Shown: one piece after another, positions 28,600 through 38,863 of the stretch
Layout of the letters: each line of letters opens with the position of its first letter
How positions within the stretch are numbered: position 1 is the first letter of the stretch
NCBI GenBank assembly: GCA_030619715.1
Contig: JAUXAW010000001.1
Location: 3,195-67,194, forward strand
DNA: 64,000 bases
From: a candidate division WWE3 bacterium
Lineage (GTDB): Bacteria; Patescibacteriota; WWE3; JAUXAW01
Direction: 5' to 3'
Program-made: the position numbers and the translations under genes
Notes under the pieces: generated by a model
What the model was told of the DNA's origin: nothing
Database searches by the model: none
Seen by the model: only the letters and a program-made list of their open reading frames with translations

Positions 28600-29744
28600 A
28601 AAAACATTAAAGCATTTAATACCTTCTCGGCTGTTTTTTTCCAACTAAACTTTTTCGCCTGCTGCAAACCCCCTTCAATCAAATCCTGACGATCACCAGC
28701 CAGAACCTTCTCCATCGCCTCGGTAAGCTCGTCTATACTCTGAGGTTTGACCAAAATTCCCGCATCGCCTACAACCTCCGGAATTGAGGTGGTGTTGGCC
28801 GCAATTACCGGACAGCCGCAGGACATCGCCTCAAGAACCGTCAGACCGAAGCCCTCATGAAAACTGGGATGGACTAGCGCCACCGCCTCGTTCAAAATCG
28901 CCGCCACCTCCCGGTCATCCTCAATCCTTCCGGTTAAGATAACATCATTTTGTAACTTAAGTTTCTTAAGAAGATTAAGAAGATTCCGAGAGTCTTGATC
29001 CCTCCCCTTCGCATCCACCGACCCAATTAAAACCAACGTGGGATGAGAACCGATCCGCCTTTGGCGGATGAGATTAGCAAACGCCCGAAGGAGCGTTTGC
29101 AAATTCTTGTGCGGTCGAAAATTTCCCAGATAAACAAAAAATGGCTTTGAGATTCCATACTTGTCAAGGACCTGCCTGCCGGCAGGCAGGGCTTCGCTCT
29201 TGACATCACCGTCGTTGATGGGTTCGTAGGCCTCACTCGCTGCGCCGCGAATATTAATAATCCTACCCTCCTCCACCCCCAAAAATTCTTTTATGTCACT
29301 TTTCACAAACTCAGAAATGGTAAAAATTACCGCCGCTCTTTTGGCCACCAACTTCGAAACAAACACATCGTACAATCTCGCCTTCGGCGAGGCAATTTCC
29401 GGGTACCGGCGGTAAAGAAGATCGTAGATTGTCAGCGCATATTTTTCCCGCAAAAAAAGAGAAGCCCCCCAGGGAGTTGTCCAAAATAAATCTAGTTTGA
29501 GTTTTGAGATTTCCAACGGAAGCGAAAAATGCTGGTGAAAAGAATTCGGCTTTGATCTGACCACAGCGAACTCAAACTGCGGTTGATTCTCTGACCAAGC
29601 TTCCATTTTATTTCCAGGATTCCCAACGAGAACAAATGTATGACCTGACCGCAACCTTGCTAGAGCCTTAATCAGATTCTCCCGATAATTCCCGATCCCG
29701 GTCGGAAAATCCTGAATCATCCGCACATCAATTCCAATTTTCAT
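28596..29744 (-). CDS. Glycosyltransferase family 4
   Basis: PHKN, EGFGLTVLEAMSCG. Confidence 0.92.
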   Translation of the reverse strand: MKIGIDVRMIQDFPTGIGNYRENLIKALARLRSGHTFVLVGNPGNKMEAWSENQPQFEFAVVRSKPNSFHQHFSLPLEISKLKLDLFWTTPWGASLFLREKYALTIYDLLYRRYPEIASPKARLYDVFVSKLVAKRAAVIFTISEFVKSDIKEFLGVEEGRIINIRGAASEAYEPINDGDVKSEALPAGRQVLDKYGISKPFFVYLGNFRPHKNLQTLLRAFANLIRQRRIGSHPTLVLIGSVDAKGRDQDSRNLLNLLKKLKLQNDVILTGRIEDDREVAAILNEAVALVHPSFHEGFGLTVLEAMSCGCPVIAANTTSIPEVVGDAGILVKPQSIDELTEAMEKVLAGDRQDLIEGGLQQAKKFSWKKTAEKVLNALMFL

Positions 29745-30646
29745 AACCGAGACAACCGCACCTTCTCCATCAACTTAATGCCCCCAAGAACCAAACAATC
29801 AATCACCGCCGGATACTTTTGCCGGTAATGTTTGTTGTAAAAAATCCGCATCGCATCGGTTGAAGCCTCTAGGACCCGACGCTTAGATTCCTTGGTTGCT
29901 GTTGTGACCTTCTGAGAAGACTTTTTTATTCCCGATGAGGCACCTTTGTGATGGATAATTTTTGCATCGGGATAAAACATCACCTTCCATCCCTTCTCTT
30001 TGAAGCGGTAGCACCAATCCAAATCCTCGCCGTAAAAAAAGAAGTCTTCGTCCCAAATCCCAACCTCCTTCATCGCCTTGCGTCGCACCATCATAAAGGC
30101 CCCACAACAGGCATCAATTTCGTGAGTTTTTCCCAGATCTTTCCAGGTCTGATGATACTGACCAAACAATTTTGACCTAGGGAACAGTTTTTCCAGTTTG
30201 GTAAAGAAACAAAAAGAAGCCCAAGGAGTCGGAAACCCACGATGGCAATCGGGATCCATCCCCCCACTGGTCAGCTCAACAAAACAGGTCGAAACCCCAA
30301 CTTCAGGATTACCATCCATAAACTGGATTATGGTTGGTAGAGTTTTCTCGGGAACAGCCGTGTCCGGATTGAGAAACAAAAGATACCGTCCCGAAGATTC
30401 TTTGATGGCAAGGTTGTTCGCCTTAGCAAATCCCAAGTTTTTCTTGTTAACAATGAGTTTGACCTGGGGGAAAATCCGCTTGACCATCCCCGTCGAGCCG
30501 TCCCACGATGCATTATCCACCACAAAAATCTCCATTCGCTTATTCGCGTTCATTGGCTCCTCATTCGCTAACATTAGCGTGTTTAAACATTCGCGCAATA
30601 AATCATTGGTATTAAAATTAACAATAATTACCGAAAGGTCTGTCAT
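29741..30646 (-). CDS. Glycosyltransferase family 2 (WbbL-like)
   Basis: VDNAS, NLGFAKANN, LNPD, YGEDLDWC. Confidence 0.92.
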   Translation of the reverse strand: MTDLSVIIVNFNTNDLLRECLNTLMLANEEPMNANKRMEIFVVDNASWDGSTGMVKRIFPQVKLIVNKKNLGFAKANNLAIKESSGRYLLFLNPDTAVPEKTLPTIIQFMDGNPEVGVSTCFVELTSGGMDPDCHRGFPTPWASFCFFTKLEKLFPRSKLFGQYHQTWKDLGKTHEIDACCGAFMMVRRKAMKEVGIWDEDFFFYGEDLDWCYRFKEKGWKVMFYPDAKIIHHKGASSGIKKSSQKVTTATKESKRRVLEASTDAMRIFYNKHYRQKYPAVIDCLVLGGIKLMEKVRLSRL

Positions 30647-31764
30647 ATCCCCTCGAATACTTTAAGGGTTTCTCGAGCCGCCTTCTCCCACGAAAACCGT
30701 TTCAAATTTTCAAAGCCCTTCTTAATCATTTCTGCTTTTAGTTTATCATCAGTTAAAATTCTCCGCATTGCTTCAGCAAGCTCCTTTATGTCGTCAGGAT
30801 CAACAAAAAGGGCCGCGTCTCCCCCCACCTCGGGCATAGAGGAGATGTTTGAGGTAATTACCGGACAACCACAGGCCTGGGCCTCAAGAATCGGCAAACC
30901 AAAACCTTCATAAAATGAGGGCAGGACAAAAAGGTCGGCTAGATTATAAAGGGCGGGCAAATCGGCCTCGAGGATAAAATCGGTAAAAATTATCTCTTTG
31001 TCCATTCCTAAATCTTCAATCACCTGAAAAATCTCCTTGTTTTTCCAGCCATAACTTCTCCCCCCGCCAATGACCAGTTTATGGGAAAGGTTGGTACCTT
31101 CCTTAAATCTTGAAAAGGCCCTAACCAACCCCGGAATATTTTTTCTCGGCTCCAAAACCCCTATAAATAGAATGAATTGGCGGGGGAGATTATATTTTGT
31201 TCTGATGCCAGAAAGTTTCTTTTGGTCTTCGACAACCCGAAATGCCAAGCTCGTTCCTAAATGTGTGACCGCGATTTTATCCTCAGGGACTTTTAAAATC
31301 TTGATCAAATCTTTTTTTGTACTTTGGGAAATGACGATAACCCTCTCGGTTTGTCTGACTGCTAGAGGTATAAGAGTCCGAAAATAGAGCTGTTTAATCC
31401 AAATATGCTTCTTCCGGTGCTTAAACCAAGTGAGGTCCAAAATAGCCACCACCTGCTTGCAAGTCTTAAACAAGGGAACGGTAAACGCGGGACCGTAGAA
31501 TATATCAACTTTCTCACGCTTTAAGTCAAAGGGTAAAAGTGTTTGCTCCCACAAAAGCCGCAACGCCCTATTGGAGGGAACAAATTTTAATTTAACCCGA
31601 GGATTGCCCTTAACTTCAAAATATTGGGCATTGAGATCGGAAACATAAAGCAGATACTGATTCCTAGTGTCAATCTTTAAAAGGGCGTTGACCAAGCTCC
31701 CTATATACCGCCCCATTCCGTGTTTTAAAGACTTCATCGCCAAAGTATTAATGGCTATTTTCAT
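30643..31764 (-). CDS. Glycosyltransferase family 4
   Basis: EPRKN, EGFGLPILEAQACG. Confidence 0.92.
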   Translation of the reverse strand: MKIAINTLAMKSLKHGMGRYIGSLVNALLKIDTRNQYLLYVSDLNAQYFEVKGNPRVKLKFVPSNRALRLLWEQTLLPFDLKREKVDIFYGPAFTVPLFKTCKQVVAILDLTWFKHRKKHIWIKQLYFRTLIPLAVRQTERVIVISQSTKKDLIKILKVPEDKIAVTHLGTSLAFRVVEDQKKLSGIRTKYNLPRQFILFIGVLEPRKNIPGLVRAFSRFKEGTNLSHKLVIGGGRSYGWKNKEIFQVIEDLGMDKEIIFTDFILEADLPALYNLADLFVLPSFYEGFGLPILEAQACGCPVITSNISSMPEVGGDAALFVDPDDIKELAEAMRRILTDDKLKAEMIKKGFENLKRFSWEKAARETLKVFEGI

Positions 31765-33242
31765 ACTTCCTCCTTAACTCCTAGCGAGGTGCCAACAAGG
31801 TACCAAAACAAAAAGGCAATTTTTGAGGCCCGAAAGATATCGGCAAAGACGGCGTTGGCCGCTAACCCGATGGTGACGGAAATTATGGCAAAGGCCAATA
31901 CCCTTGATTGGTGGTCTTCTAATCTTCTTACTTTCTTAAGCATCTCCGCCATAATTTTCCTAAGAAGGGCAATAAAAACGGCCAGCCCAAGTATCCCCGT
32001 TTCCCCCAGCAAGGTCGCGTACTCTCCGTCCAAACCAATGCCCACAGACCCCATTCCCCCTCCCAACAAAGGATTCTTCCTTACCTTAGCAAGCGCCCGG
32101 GGCCAAGTTTCACTAAGGCGCCAGCGTAAACTAGGATCCGCTTCCTTCACTTTTTCCAAAAGAAGAGAACCCCTCTCCTCAATCCCTTTTACGAAAGCTC
32201 TCCTTCTCTCATTAACCTCGTCCACAAAAACAGAAACTCTTTTTTTAATGTTACCGGCAAGATTAAAGGTTTCCTCGGGGACTCCCTCCTCCTCCTTCTC
32301 TTCCACAGCAGTTATGGGGAAAGACGGCTCTCTAGCTTCCTCTTGGAGTTCTTTTTCTTGCAGAATCTGCCTAGCCATTTCTTCTTCCCTAAAACTCTCA
32401 AAAGTTCCGGCCAAAAGTTGAAATCTCATAACGAGGGGTTTGGAAACAAAAAGGGGCATTATTAAAGTCATCAAGGCCAAAGCACCGACGGTTAACTTAT
32501 GCTTTAGTTCGCGGCGGGCTAAACTCAAACTAAGGACGGCCAAAAACGAACAAATAACCGGAAAGCGCGCTCCAGAAAAACCCATCGTCATTATGGCCGC
32601 CACCAAAGCGGCAAAATAAAAAAGTTTTAGCCTGCGGTTTTTGGTAATGACAAAGATACCGGCCGCAATCGGAATCAGAACGATCAAAAAGCCCGCCAGT
32701 TCATAAGGCCCGGAGAAACTAGCAAAGGCGCGGTCTGTTCCCTTAATATAAGTGTATTGGTAAAAACCGCCCCCGTAACCTCCCGCGGCGCCCGTAATTT
32801 GGAGCAGGGCCCAAGCGCTGATCAAAATACCGAGGGCTATTAAGACATTAAAACAGACAGAACGGGATTTCTTGGTAGGAGCGGCAGCGTAACCCAGATA
32901 AAAGAGAGCCGCGTACTCCACAAACCGAAGGACAAACAGATAACTGGAAACGGAAAGCTGGTTAAAAACGACGTTGTGCGTGGTGGAAATAAACATTAGA
33001 GAAAGCCAGCCGATAATCAAAATTGAAACGGGCGAAAACAGGGCCCCAAGAATTTTCTTTCGAAAATCTTCATCCCGCCTAAAGAGAACAAAGCCGAACA
33101 AAATGAGGATTAAAAGGAGAAAATCTTCAATCCGCACCGGAGTGGCAAAATTTGATATTTTGATCAGAGAAATCTTAGGGAAAAGGAGGACAAAAGCGAT
33201 GTAGCCAAGAACCAAGTACTGGTAAACTCTACTTTCCTGCAT
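31761..33242 (-). CDS. O-antigen ligase/polymerase (Wzy_C) family protein
   Basis: Multi-TM; RAFASFSGP, SGAR, NPLLGGG, LGETGILG. Confidence 0.8.
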   Translation of the reverse strand: MQESRVYQYLVLGYIAFVLLFPKISLIKISNFATPVRIEDFLLLILILFGFVLFRRDEDFRKKILGALFSPVSILIIGWLSLMFISTTHNVVFNQLSVSSYLFVLRFVEYAALFYLGYAAAPTKKSRSVCFNVLIALGILISAWALLQITGAAGGYGGGFYQYTYIKGTDRAFASFSGPYELAGFLIVLIPIAAGIFVITKNRRLKLFYFAALVAAIMTMGFSGARFPVICSFLAVLSLSLARRELKHKLTVGALALMTLIMPLFVSKPLVMRFQLLAGTFESFREEEMARQILQEKELQEEAREPSFPITAVEEKEEEGVPEETFNLAGNIKKRVSVFVDEVNERRRAFVKGIEERGSLLLEKVKEADPSLRWRLSETWPRALAKVRKNPLLGGGMGSVGIGLDGEYATLLGETGILGLAVFIALLRKIMAEMLKKVRRLEDHQSRVLAFAIISVTIGLAANAVFADIFRASKIAFLFWYLVGTSLGVKEEV

Positions 33243-33245
33243 AGG

Positions 33246-34346
33246 TTAGATCGCCGCCTTCCGCACCACCGAAAGCCAGGCCTTTTTCCAATTTTCAAGA
33301 TTGTAAACCGTTGTGACCTCTTTTTGTTGCCGAGCGGCAACACTTTCCCAAGACGAGTAGGTTCCTTCCATTTTTTGAGCCAGACTTTCCGCTGTCGGCT
33401 CGGATTGAACCGTTGGTAAATCGACAAGCCCGTGGACATTGGTGGAAACGGTTGCCACGCCGCAACTCATTGCTTCAAGGGCGGCCAGAGAAGTCCCCTC
33501 CCGCTGCAGCGTGGGAATAACAACCATCTCCGCCGCGGAATAAACATGCCGGATTTTTTTCCATGCAACACTCCCTTTAAAATAAACCTTCGCCCCTAAA
33601 TTTTCCTGGCTGATTAGGTCCTCCAATTCTTTTTTGTATTTTTCGTCAAAGCATACCCCCACCAGAACAAGGTTAGTTTCAGGAAAAGTTTTACTAAAAA
33701 GGGCAAAGGCCTCAATGGCTAAATGGATACCGCGGGGCCTGGAGAGATTGCGGGGAACGAGAATTGTATGATCGGGAAAACTGGGAGCCGGTTCCACGGA
33801 CCTAAAATAATTGGTGTCCACACAGTTGGGAATAAACCATTTGCCCGGCATTATTTTTTCGAACATCTTTTCTTTGGGTTGAATCGCCACTCCCATTTGG
33901 CGAAAATAGTTGGTGTCATTGGCGACCAAATACTTAAAATGCCTAAAAGACCATTTAGCAATTTTAATCTTTAGGCGTTGAGATAAGGAGGTTGGGGGAA
34001 TGTCCCATTCACAGCCATGAGATAAAACGATCACCTTCTTTTTCCACCACAGCGGCAAGGAGTGGAAAGCATAATGGCAAATCAACAAATCTTCCGCCCG
34101 CAATTTACCCCACTTTAAATTCAAAACTAAGTTAAACCACCATAAATCCAAAGCCCTCCCCCCTTTTATAAATGATGGTTTATGAGGTAATAGGCGTAAT
34201 TCCGGATCGCGAACCCCGTTATTAAACTGGTAAACACTCTGCTCGTAACCCTTTTGGGAAAATATTTCGTACAGATTGGCCAAATAGGTCTGAGCCCCTC
34301 CCGTTATTGGTTTGTATTCGGTGGCAATGTGTCCAATTTTCGTCAT
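33246..34346 (-). CDS. Glycosyltransferase family 4
   Basis: GGAQTY, EGTSLAALEAMSCG. Confidence 0.88.
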   Translation of the reverse strand: MTKIGHIATEYKPITGGAQTYLANLYEIFSQKGYEQSVYQFNNGVRDPELRLLPHKPSFIKGGRALDLWWFNLVLNLKWGKLRAEDLLICHYAFHSLPLWWKKKVIVLSHGCEWDIPPTSLSQRLKIKIAKWSFRHFKYLVANDTNYFRQMGVAIQPKEKMFEKIMPGKWFIPNCVDTNYFRSVEPAPSFPDHTILVPRNLSRPRGIHLAIEAFALFSKTFPETNLVLVGVCFDEKYKKELEDLISQENLGAKVYFKGSVAWKKIRHVYSAAEMVVIPTLQREGTSLAALEAMSCGVATVSTNVHGLVDLPTVQSEPTAESLAQKMEGTYSSWESVAARQQKEVTTVYNLENWKKAWLSVVRKAAI

Positions 34347-35086
34347 AAACCCCCTTTAATCAACCGGTTCCTCCTCCATAAATAATAAGACAAATAGAGA
34401 GCATTAACAAACCCCAGCCAACCATCCAGAAAACCAAGTTTTCTAAAATAAATGTTCGGAAACCGCAAAAACGGTTTTAATTCATTATAGAGAGTCACAT
34501 TAGAGCCGCTTTTTAAAAATTCTTGCGCTTCCAAAGCTGAATACTCCCTTACCTTCTCCAAGAGGGCTTTTCTATTTTTATAGGTATAGTGGATAATGGG
34601 GTGATCAAGGTATCCTGCCTTCTCTATCTCAACTCGCTCATGGACGGCTCCGTCAAATTCCCCTCCGAAACGACCTTTTGATTTTCTAAACAATCGCAGA
34701 TGCCAATCATTCTGCATTCCCCCAAAACGAAGCCGCTTATCTCCAATGTAAGTAGTAAAAAGAATATAGTATCCATCGTGTTGAGGATTTTCTAAGACTT
34801 TTTGGATCTCTTCAGCCAACTCTGACGGTACTCGCTCGTCCGCATCAAGACTTAGTATCCAGTCGTTTGACGCCTCTCTTATTCCAAAATTTTTTTGTCC
34901 CCCATACCCAAGCCACTCCTGCAGATAAACCTTCTCGGTGAAACGCCGTGCCACTTCTGCGGTTTTATCCGTGGTTCTGGCGTCAACAACAACAATCTTC
35001 TCCTCACACCAAGAAACCGACTCTAAACACTCAGCAATTTGCGTCTCTTCGTTTTTGGCAATAATAACGGCGGAAATTTGATTCAT
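34343..35086 (-). CDS. Glycosyltransferase family 2
   Basis: IAKNEE, WILSLDADE, VHE. Confidence 0.9.
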   Translation of the reverse strand: MNQISAVIIAKNEETQIAECLESVSWCEEKIVVVDARTTDKTAEVARRFTEKVYLQEWLGYGGQKNFGIREASNDWILSLDADERVPSELAEEIQKVLENPQHDGYYILFTTYIGDKRLRFGGMQNDWHLRLFRKSKGRFGGEFDGAVHERVEIEKAGYLDHPIIHYTYKNRKALLEKVREYSALEAQEFLKSGSNVTLYNELKPFLRFPNIYFRKLGFLDGWLGFVNALYLSYYLWRRNRLIKGGL

Positions 35087-35088
35087 CT

Positions 35089-36009
35089 CTACCTCTTAAA
35101 TACTCCCCTCACAAAACCGAATATGTCAGCTAAATCTTTAACCACGATTACCGGTGGGACATAAAGAAGCCATTTCAAGGGCAGTTTTTTCTTCCACATG
35201 TGGCGGCTGCGGCGGAGCCAGTAGAGAAAAAGAATTGCGGTCAGAAACAAAAACGAAATTGGCTCAACCACAGTAAAAATCAGCAGCAAAAACAAAAAAA
35301 GATAGAAAAGAATTTTTCTAAGATAGCTTGGAGCGTGAATCAGGTCAATTCCATCTCCAATGGCGTAATTGTAATATTGTTTAAAAAAACCTCGCAGGTC
35401 TGAACGAGGACGCCAGTAAACGATGGCTTTGGGAGCAAATAAAAACTCGTAACCAGCTTCTTTAAGAGATAAATCAAAAGGCGTGTCCTCGTTATAAGAG
35501 GTATGCTCGGGATAGCCCCCGACTTTTTCCCAAGCTTCTTTTTTGAAAGCAATTGACCGACTGGAAGGAAGCCAAGTTTTAGGATCAATTTGGTCGTGGT
35601 CAGAGAGCATCAGCATCGCCGAAACCTCCTCAAAAAACGACTGGGGCGCGCTTTTGAAAAAGCCGCCGACTACTTGTGTACTGGGGTCTTTTTCAAAGGG
35701 TTCGATCAAATAACGCAACCAGTTTTTGTCGGCAACGGTGCCCACATCGGTCACCGCAATTATTGAACTTCGGGCCTGTCTAATCGCTTCATTACGACCC
35801 ACCGAACGGTTGCCCGGTTTGATAACCAGTTTAATCCGCCTATCTCTGGCAGCGTATTCCTGAATTATCTCAATCGTCCCATCGGTCGACCCCCCATCGC
35901 AAATTATCAGTTCGTCTATAGGGTAGGTTTGATTTAAAATCCCCATCATAAAGGACTTTATACTTTTCGCCTCGTTCTTTTCAGTAGTAATAACCGATAT
36001 TTTAAGCAT
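35089..36009 (-). CDS. Glycosyltransferase family 2
   Basis: CDGGSTDGT, GRN, TD, GGYP..ED. Confidence 0.9.
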   Translation of the reverse strand: MLKISVITTEKNEAKSIKSFMMGILNQTYPIDELIICDGGSTDGTIEIIQEYAARDRRIKLVIKPGNRSVGRNEAIRQARSSIIAVTDVGTVADKNWLRYLIEPFEKDPSTQVVGGFFKSAPQSFFEEVSAMLMLSDHDQIDPKTWLPSSRSIAFKKEAWEKVGGYPEHTSYNEDTPFDLSLKEAGYEFLFAPKAIVYWRPRSDLRGFFKQYYNYAIGDGIDLIHAPSYLRKILFYLFLFLLLIFTVVEPISFLFLTAILFLYWLRRSRHMWKKKLPLKWLLYVPPVIVVKDLADIFGFVRGVFKR

Positions 36010-36027
36010 TTGGTGAAATTAAAAGTG

Positions 36028-37797
36028 TCACTCAACCCCTCTTAATGAAAGTATCAACTCGCCATCACTAGGATAACTAACCATCTTGGTAATAGAACTA
36101 AAATCATCCGGAATAAACTTATCATCGGGCTGACTTGAGGATGACCACTCTAGCGGCGTATCTTCGCCTTGAACAATTATCATTTTTTGATCTTCACCTA
36201 AGTTTTGCGTATCACTAATGTAAAAATCCCCAATCAATATTTTCTGATACTCTCCGCTTTCCGGCAAATACGTTCCCGAAATCAGCGGTCCTACCACGCC
36301 TTCGTTTGTACGCATTTGGGAATTATAAGTAGCTTTAAATACCTCGTAAACAAAGCTTGTAGGGGAGAGGTTTTCAAAGCGATACCCATAAGAAATTCCA
36401 TTCTTGGCAAACCTAACTACTTTGTAGATAGTTCCACCACCTAACCTTACTCGAAAACTTAAAACATAATCTTGCCCATCCTTGTGTATCCCATCCAAAA
36501 TCACAGTGTGGTCTACATCAACTTCACTAGGAAAGTTCAACGCTAATTTTCCATCGCCGAAAATCCACTCTTCCTTAAGACCAACATTTGCCAACTCTAG
36601 ATGATTCATACCTTGGTAAATGCTTATGTCTTGCGGAGAGTCTCCCTGGAGATAACTATCTGAATAGGGAGTGTAATCACTTAACCTAATCCAACCATTA
36701 TCTCCCACCTTGATATCCAAACGGGCCCGATATTCCGACGACCAAAACATGAATGTTTTATATTCCGAACTCCTGGACGGATATAAATGGCCGCTCCAAG
36801 CACCAGCACTACCGCTTTGGAGTAACGCATAAGTTCTATCGTTCGCCTGCTGCTGCTCACGAAATTTATCACCAAACTCCAACAGAGTTACATAATTCAA
36901 GTCTGGATAACTCTGGTAAAGCCACTGTAACCAATCTTTAAACAAGCTGATTTTCTCTAAATTCATATTATTCGGCATAGCACCACCATAAATATACCCA
37001 AGTTCAATAATTGTTGGCAAAAGCTTTAGCGTATCGTCATCAAAGTCGCTTTCAATAAAGACCGAATCCGTAAGCAGCTGCATCTGTTCTAGAGTATTCG
37101 AGTTTATCGGCTCGAAAACAGGCCTAGTCCCCGAAATTTTAGACCAGTATAAATCTGGGTGTTCCACTTCATAGTTCAAAATATCCAAAAATGCATCCTT
37201 GCCGGGAACTAAAGGGTGATTAACAGACGGATAAAATGGGTAATCAAAGCTACCTGCCGCACTGGCCGTGTCAGTTTTGTATTGCTGCCAATTCGCAGTA
37301 ATTGCTATGGAGGAACCATACTCTTCTCGTATGTGCCTAAGAATAGAAATGTCACTTATCCAAAGATGTAATACCGGATACTCACCAAAGTATCTCTCAA
37401 ATTCAGTAAAACAGATATCCAATTCGTCGAATACCTCTTCTCTGCTTGCTGACTCTACTCCTCCTCCGCTAGAAAGGCCCATCCCAGCCCTCAATGAGTA
37501 CCCAACACCATCACCGTAAACACGCCTCAGTTTTTTGACGGCTTTTCTCAAAGCATCGTCCTCCCCTGTGACATCTTGACAATGTAAAATCCAAGTAGCC
37601 CTGGCCCCTACTTTCCTATGAACCTCCTTGGCCACCTCTTGTAACACCAACTCGGATGGGATTCCAGAGAAAACTAAAGGAAAATAGTCATTTGATTCTT
37701 TTTGCCCCGAATTAAGACGTAGGCCTGCCAGTATTAACAAAAACAGAGAAATACAAACTGCAACGAACTTACGATAATTCTTAGAAATTAATTTCAT
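36028..37797 (-). CDS. Membrane-anchored extracellular protein, DUF3863/carbohydrate-active barrel-like
   Basis: N-terminal TM; ATW, FGEYP, NWQQYKTD..GSFDYPFYPS..H pattern. Confidence 0.5.
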   Translation of the reverse strand: MKLISKNYRKFVAVCISLFLLILAGLRLNSGQKESNDYFPLVFSGIPSELVLQEVAKEVHRKVGARATWILHCQDVTGEDDALRKAVKKLRRVYGDGVGYSLRAGMGLSSGGGVESASREEVFDELDICFTEFERYFGEYPVLHLWISDISILRHIREEYGSSIAITANWQQYKTDTASAAGSFDYPFYPSVNHPLVPGKDAFLDILNYEVEHPDLYWSKISGTRPVFEPINSNTLEQMQLLTDSVFIESDFDDDTLKLLPTIIELGYIYGGAMPNNMNLEKISLFKDWLQWLYQSYPDLNYVTLLEFGDKFREQQQANDRTYALLQSGSAGAWSGHLYPSRSSEYKTFMFWSSEYRARLDIKVGDNGWIRLSDYTPYSDSYLQGDSPQDISIYQGMNHLELANVGLKEEWIFGDGKLALNFPSEVDVDHTVILDGIHKDGQDYVLSFRVRLGGGTIYKVVRFAKNGISYGYRFENLSPTSFVYEVFKATYNSQMRTNEGVVGPLISGTYLPESGEYQKILIGDFYISDTQNLGEDQKMIIVQGEDTPLEWSSSSQPDDKFIPDDFSSITKMVSYPSDGELILSLRGVE

Positions 37798-38863
37798 AAT
37801 AAACCTTAATCGTTTCCTCCACCATTTTATCCCAGGAGTATTTCTTTACTTGCTCTAAACCTTTAATTTTAAGCGTCTGCTGCAGGTCTTTATCCTCGGT
37901 TATCTGGTCAATCGCCTTTGTAATCTCGGCTATATTATAAGGATTAATCAATAAAGCGGCCTCCCCAACAATCTCCGGCAGACAAGAAATATTTGAGCAT
38001 ATTACCGGAGTGCCAACCGACATTGCCTCCAGCGGCGGAATTCCAAACCCCTCGTAAAACGAAGGGTAGACAAGGGCCACGGCGCAACCTAGCCAGTGGT
38101 ATTTCTCTTCTTCGCTTACATACCCCACTAGCCGAACTTTGTTTTCTAATTGAAGCTTGTTGATAATACCGGAAAATTGATCAGAGTGTTTACCAACAAT
38201 GACCAGGTCGTACGTCTCTTTAGCTTTGGACTGGTGATAAGCTTTAATTAATCCTGTGATATTTTTTCGTTTGTCCACTCCTCCGAAATAAACAAGATAA
38301 GCTTTTTCATGCAGACGTCTTTTTTTGTCCCACGATGGCGAATCTAGCCCGTCGTGGATAACCGCGGTTTTTTTTCTGATCGGGGGAAATATTTTTATCG
38401 CGTTATTCGCTGTAGTTTGAGATATGGCAATTATTTTATTGGCTTTCTTAAAAGAGATTAGTAATGAAATTAAATATTCAGGCAGATTAACAATATTCCG
38501 TCCGCAAAAATACTTGGGCCACATCAAGGGAATGACATCGTTAAGAGTCAAAACAGATTTACCATTAAAGAGGAGGGGGATACCATAATTCCAGGTGGCG
38601 TGATAAAGATCAAATTTATTTTGGTTAAGAAACTTGGGCAGGCGTATCTGTTCCCAGAAGAAACGGTTGTTCCCAGGGATAATTCTTTTTTCAATCCCCC
38701 CGACCGGACGTTTCGGCTCCTGGTGATACAAAAGAACAGTTTTTACCCCTCTCGCTTTTAACCCCTCGGCTAACCTGATGATATATTTGCCCACGCCGGT
38801 AATTTCGTTACCCGCGGCTCGGGCGTCTAAGGCAATTTTTGGCAACTCACCTTCTAATTCCAT
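37781..38863 (-). CDS. Glycosyltransferase family 4
   Basis: [15 protein letters not shown]. Confidence 0.92.
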   Translation of the reverse strand: MELEGELPKIALDARAAGNEITGVGKYIIRLAEGLKARGVKTVLLYHQEPKRPVGGIEKRIIPGNNRFFWEQIRLPKFLNQNKFDLYHATWNYGIPLLFNGKSVLTLNDVIPLMWPKYFCGRNIVNLPEYLISLLISFKKANKIIAISQTTANNAIKIFPPIRKKTAVIHDGLDSPSWDKKRRLHEKAYLVYFGGVDKRKNITGLIKAYHQSKAKETYDLVIVGKHSDQFSGIINKLQLENKVRLVGYVSEEEKYHWLGCAVALVYPSFYEGFGIPPLEAMSVGTPVICSNISCLPEIVGEAALLINPYNIAEITKAIDQITEDKDLQQTLKIKGLEQVKKYSWDKMVEETIKVYYEINF

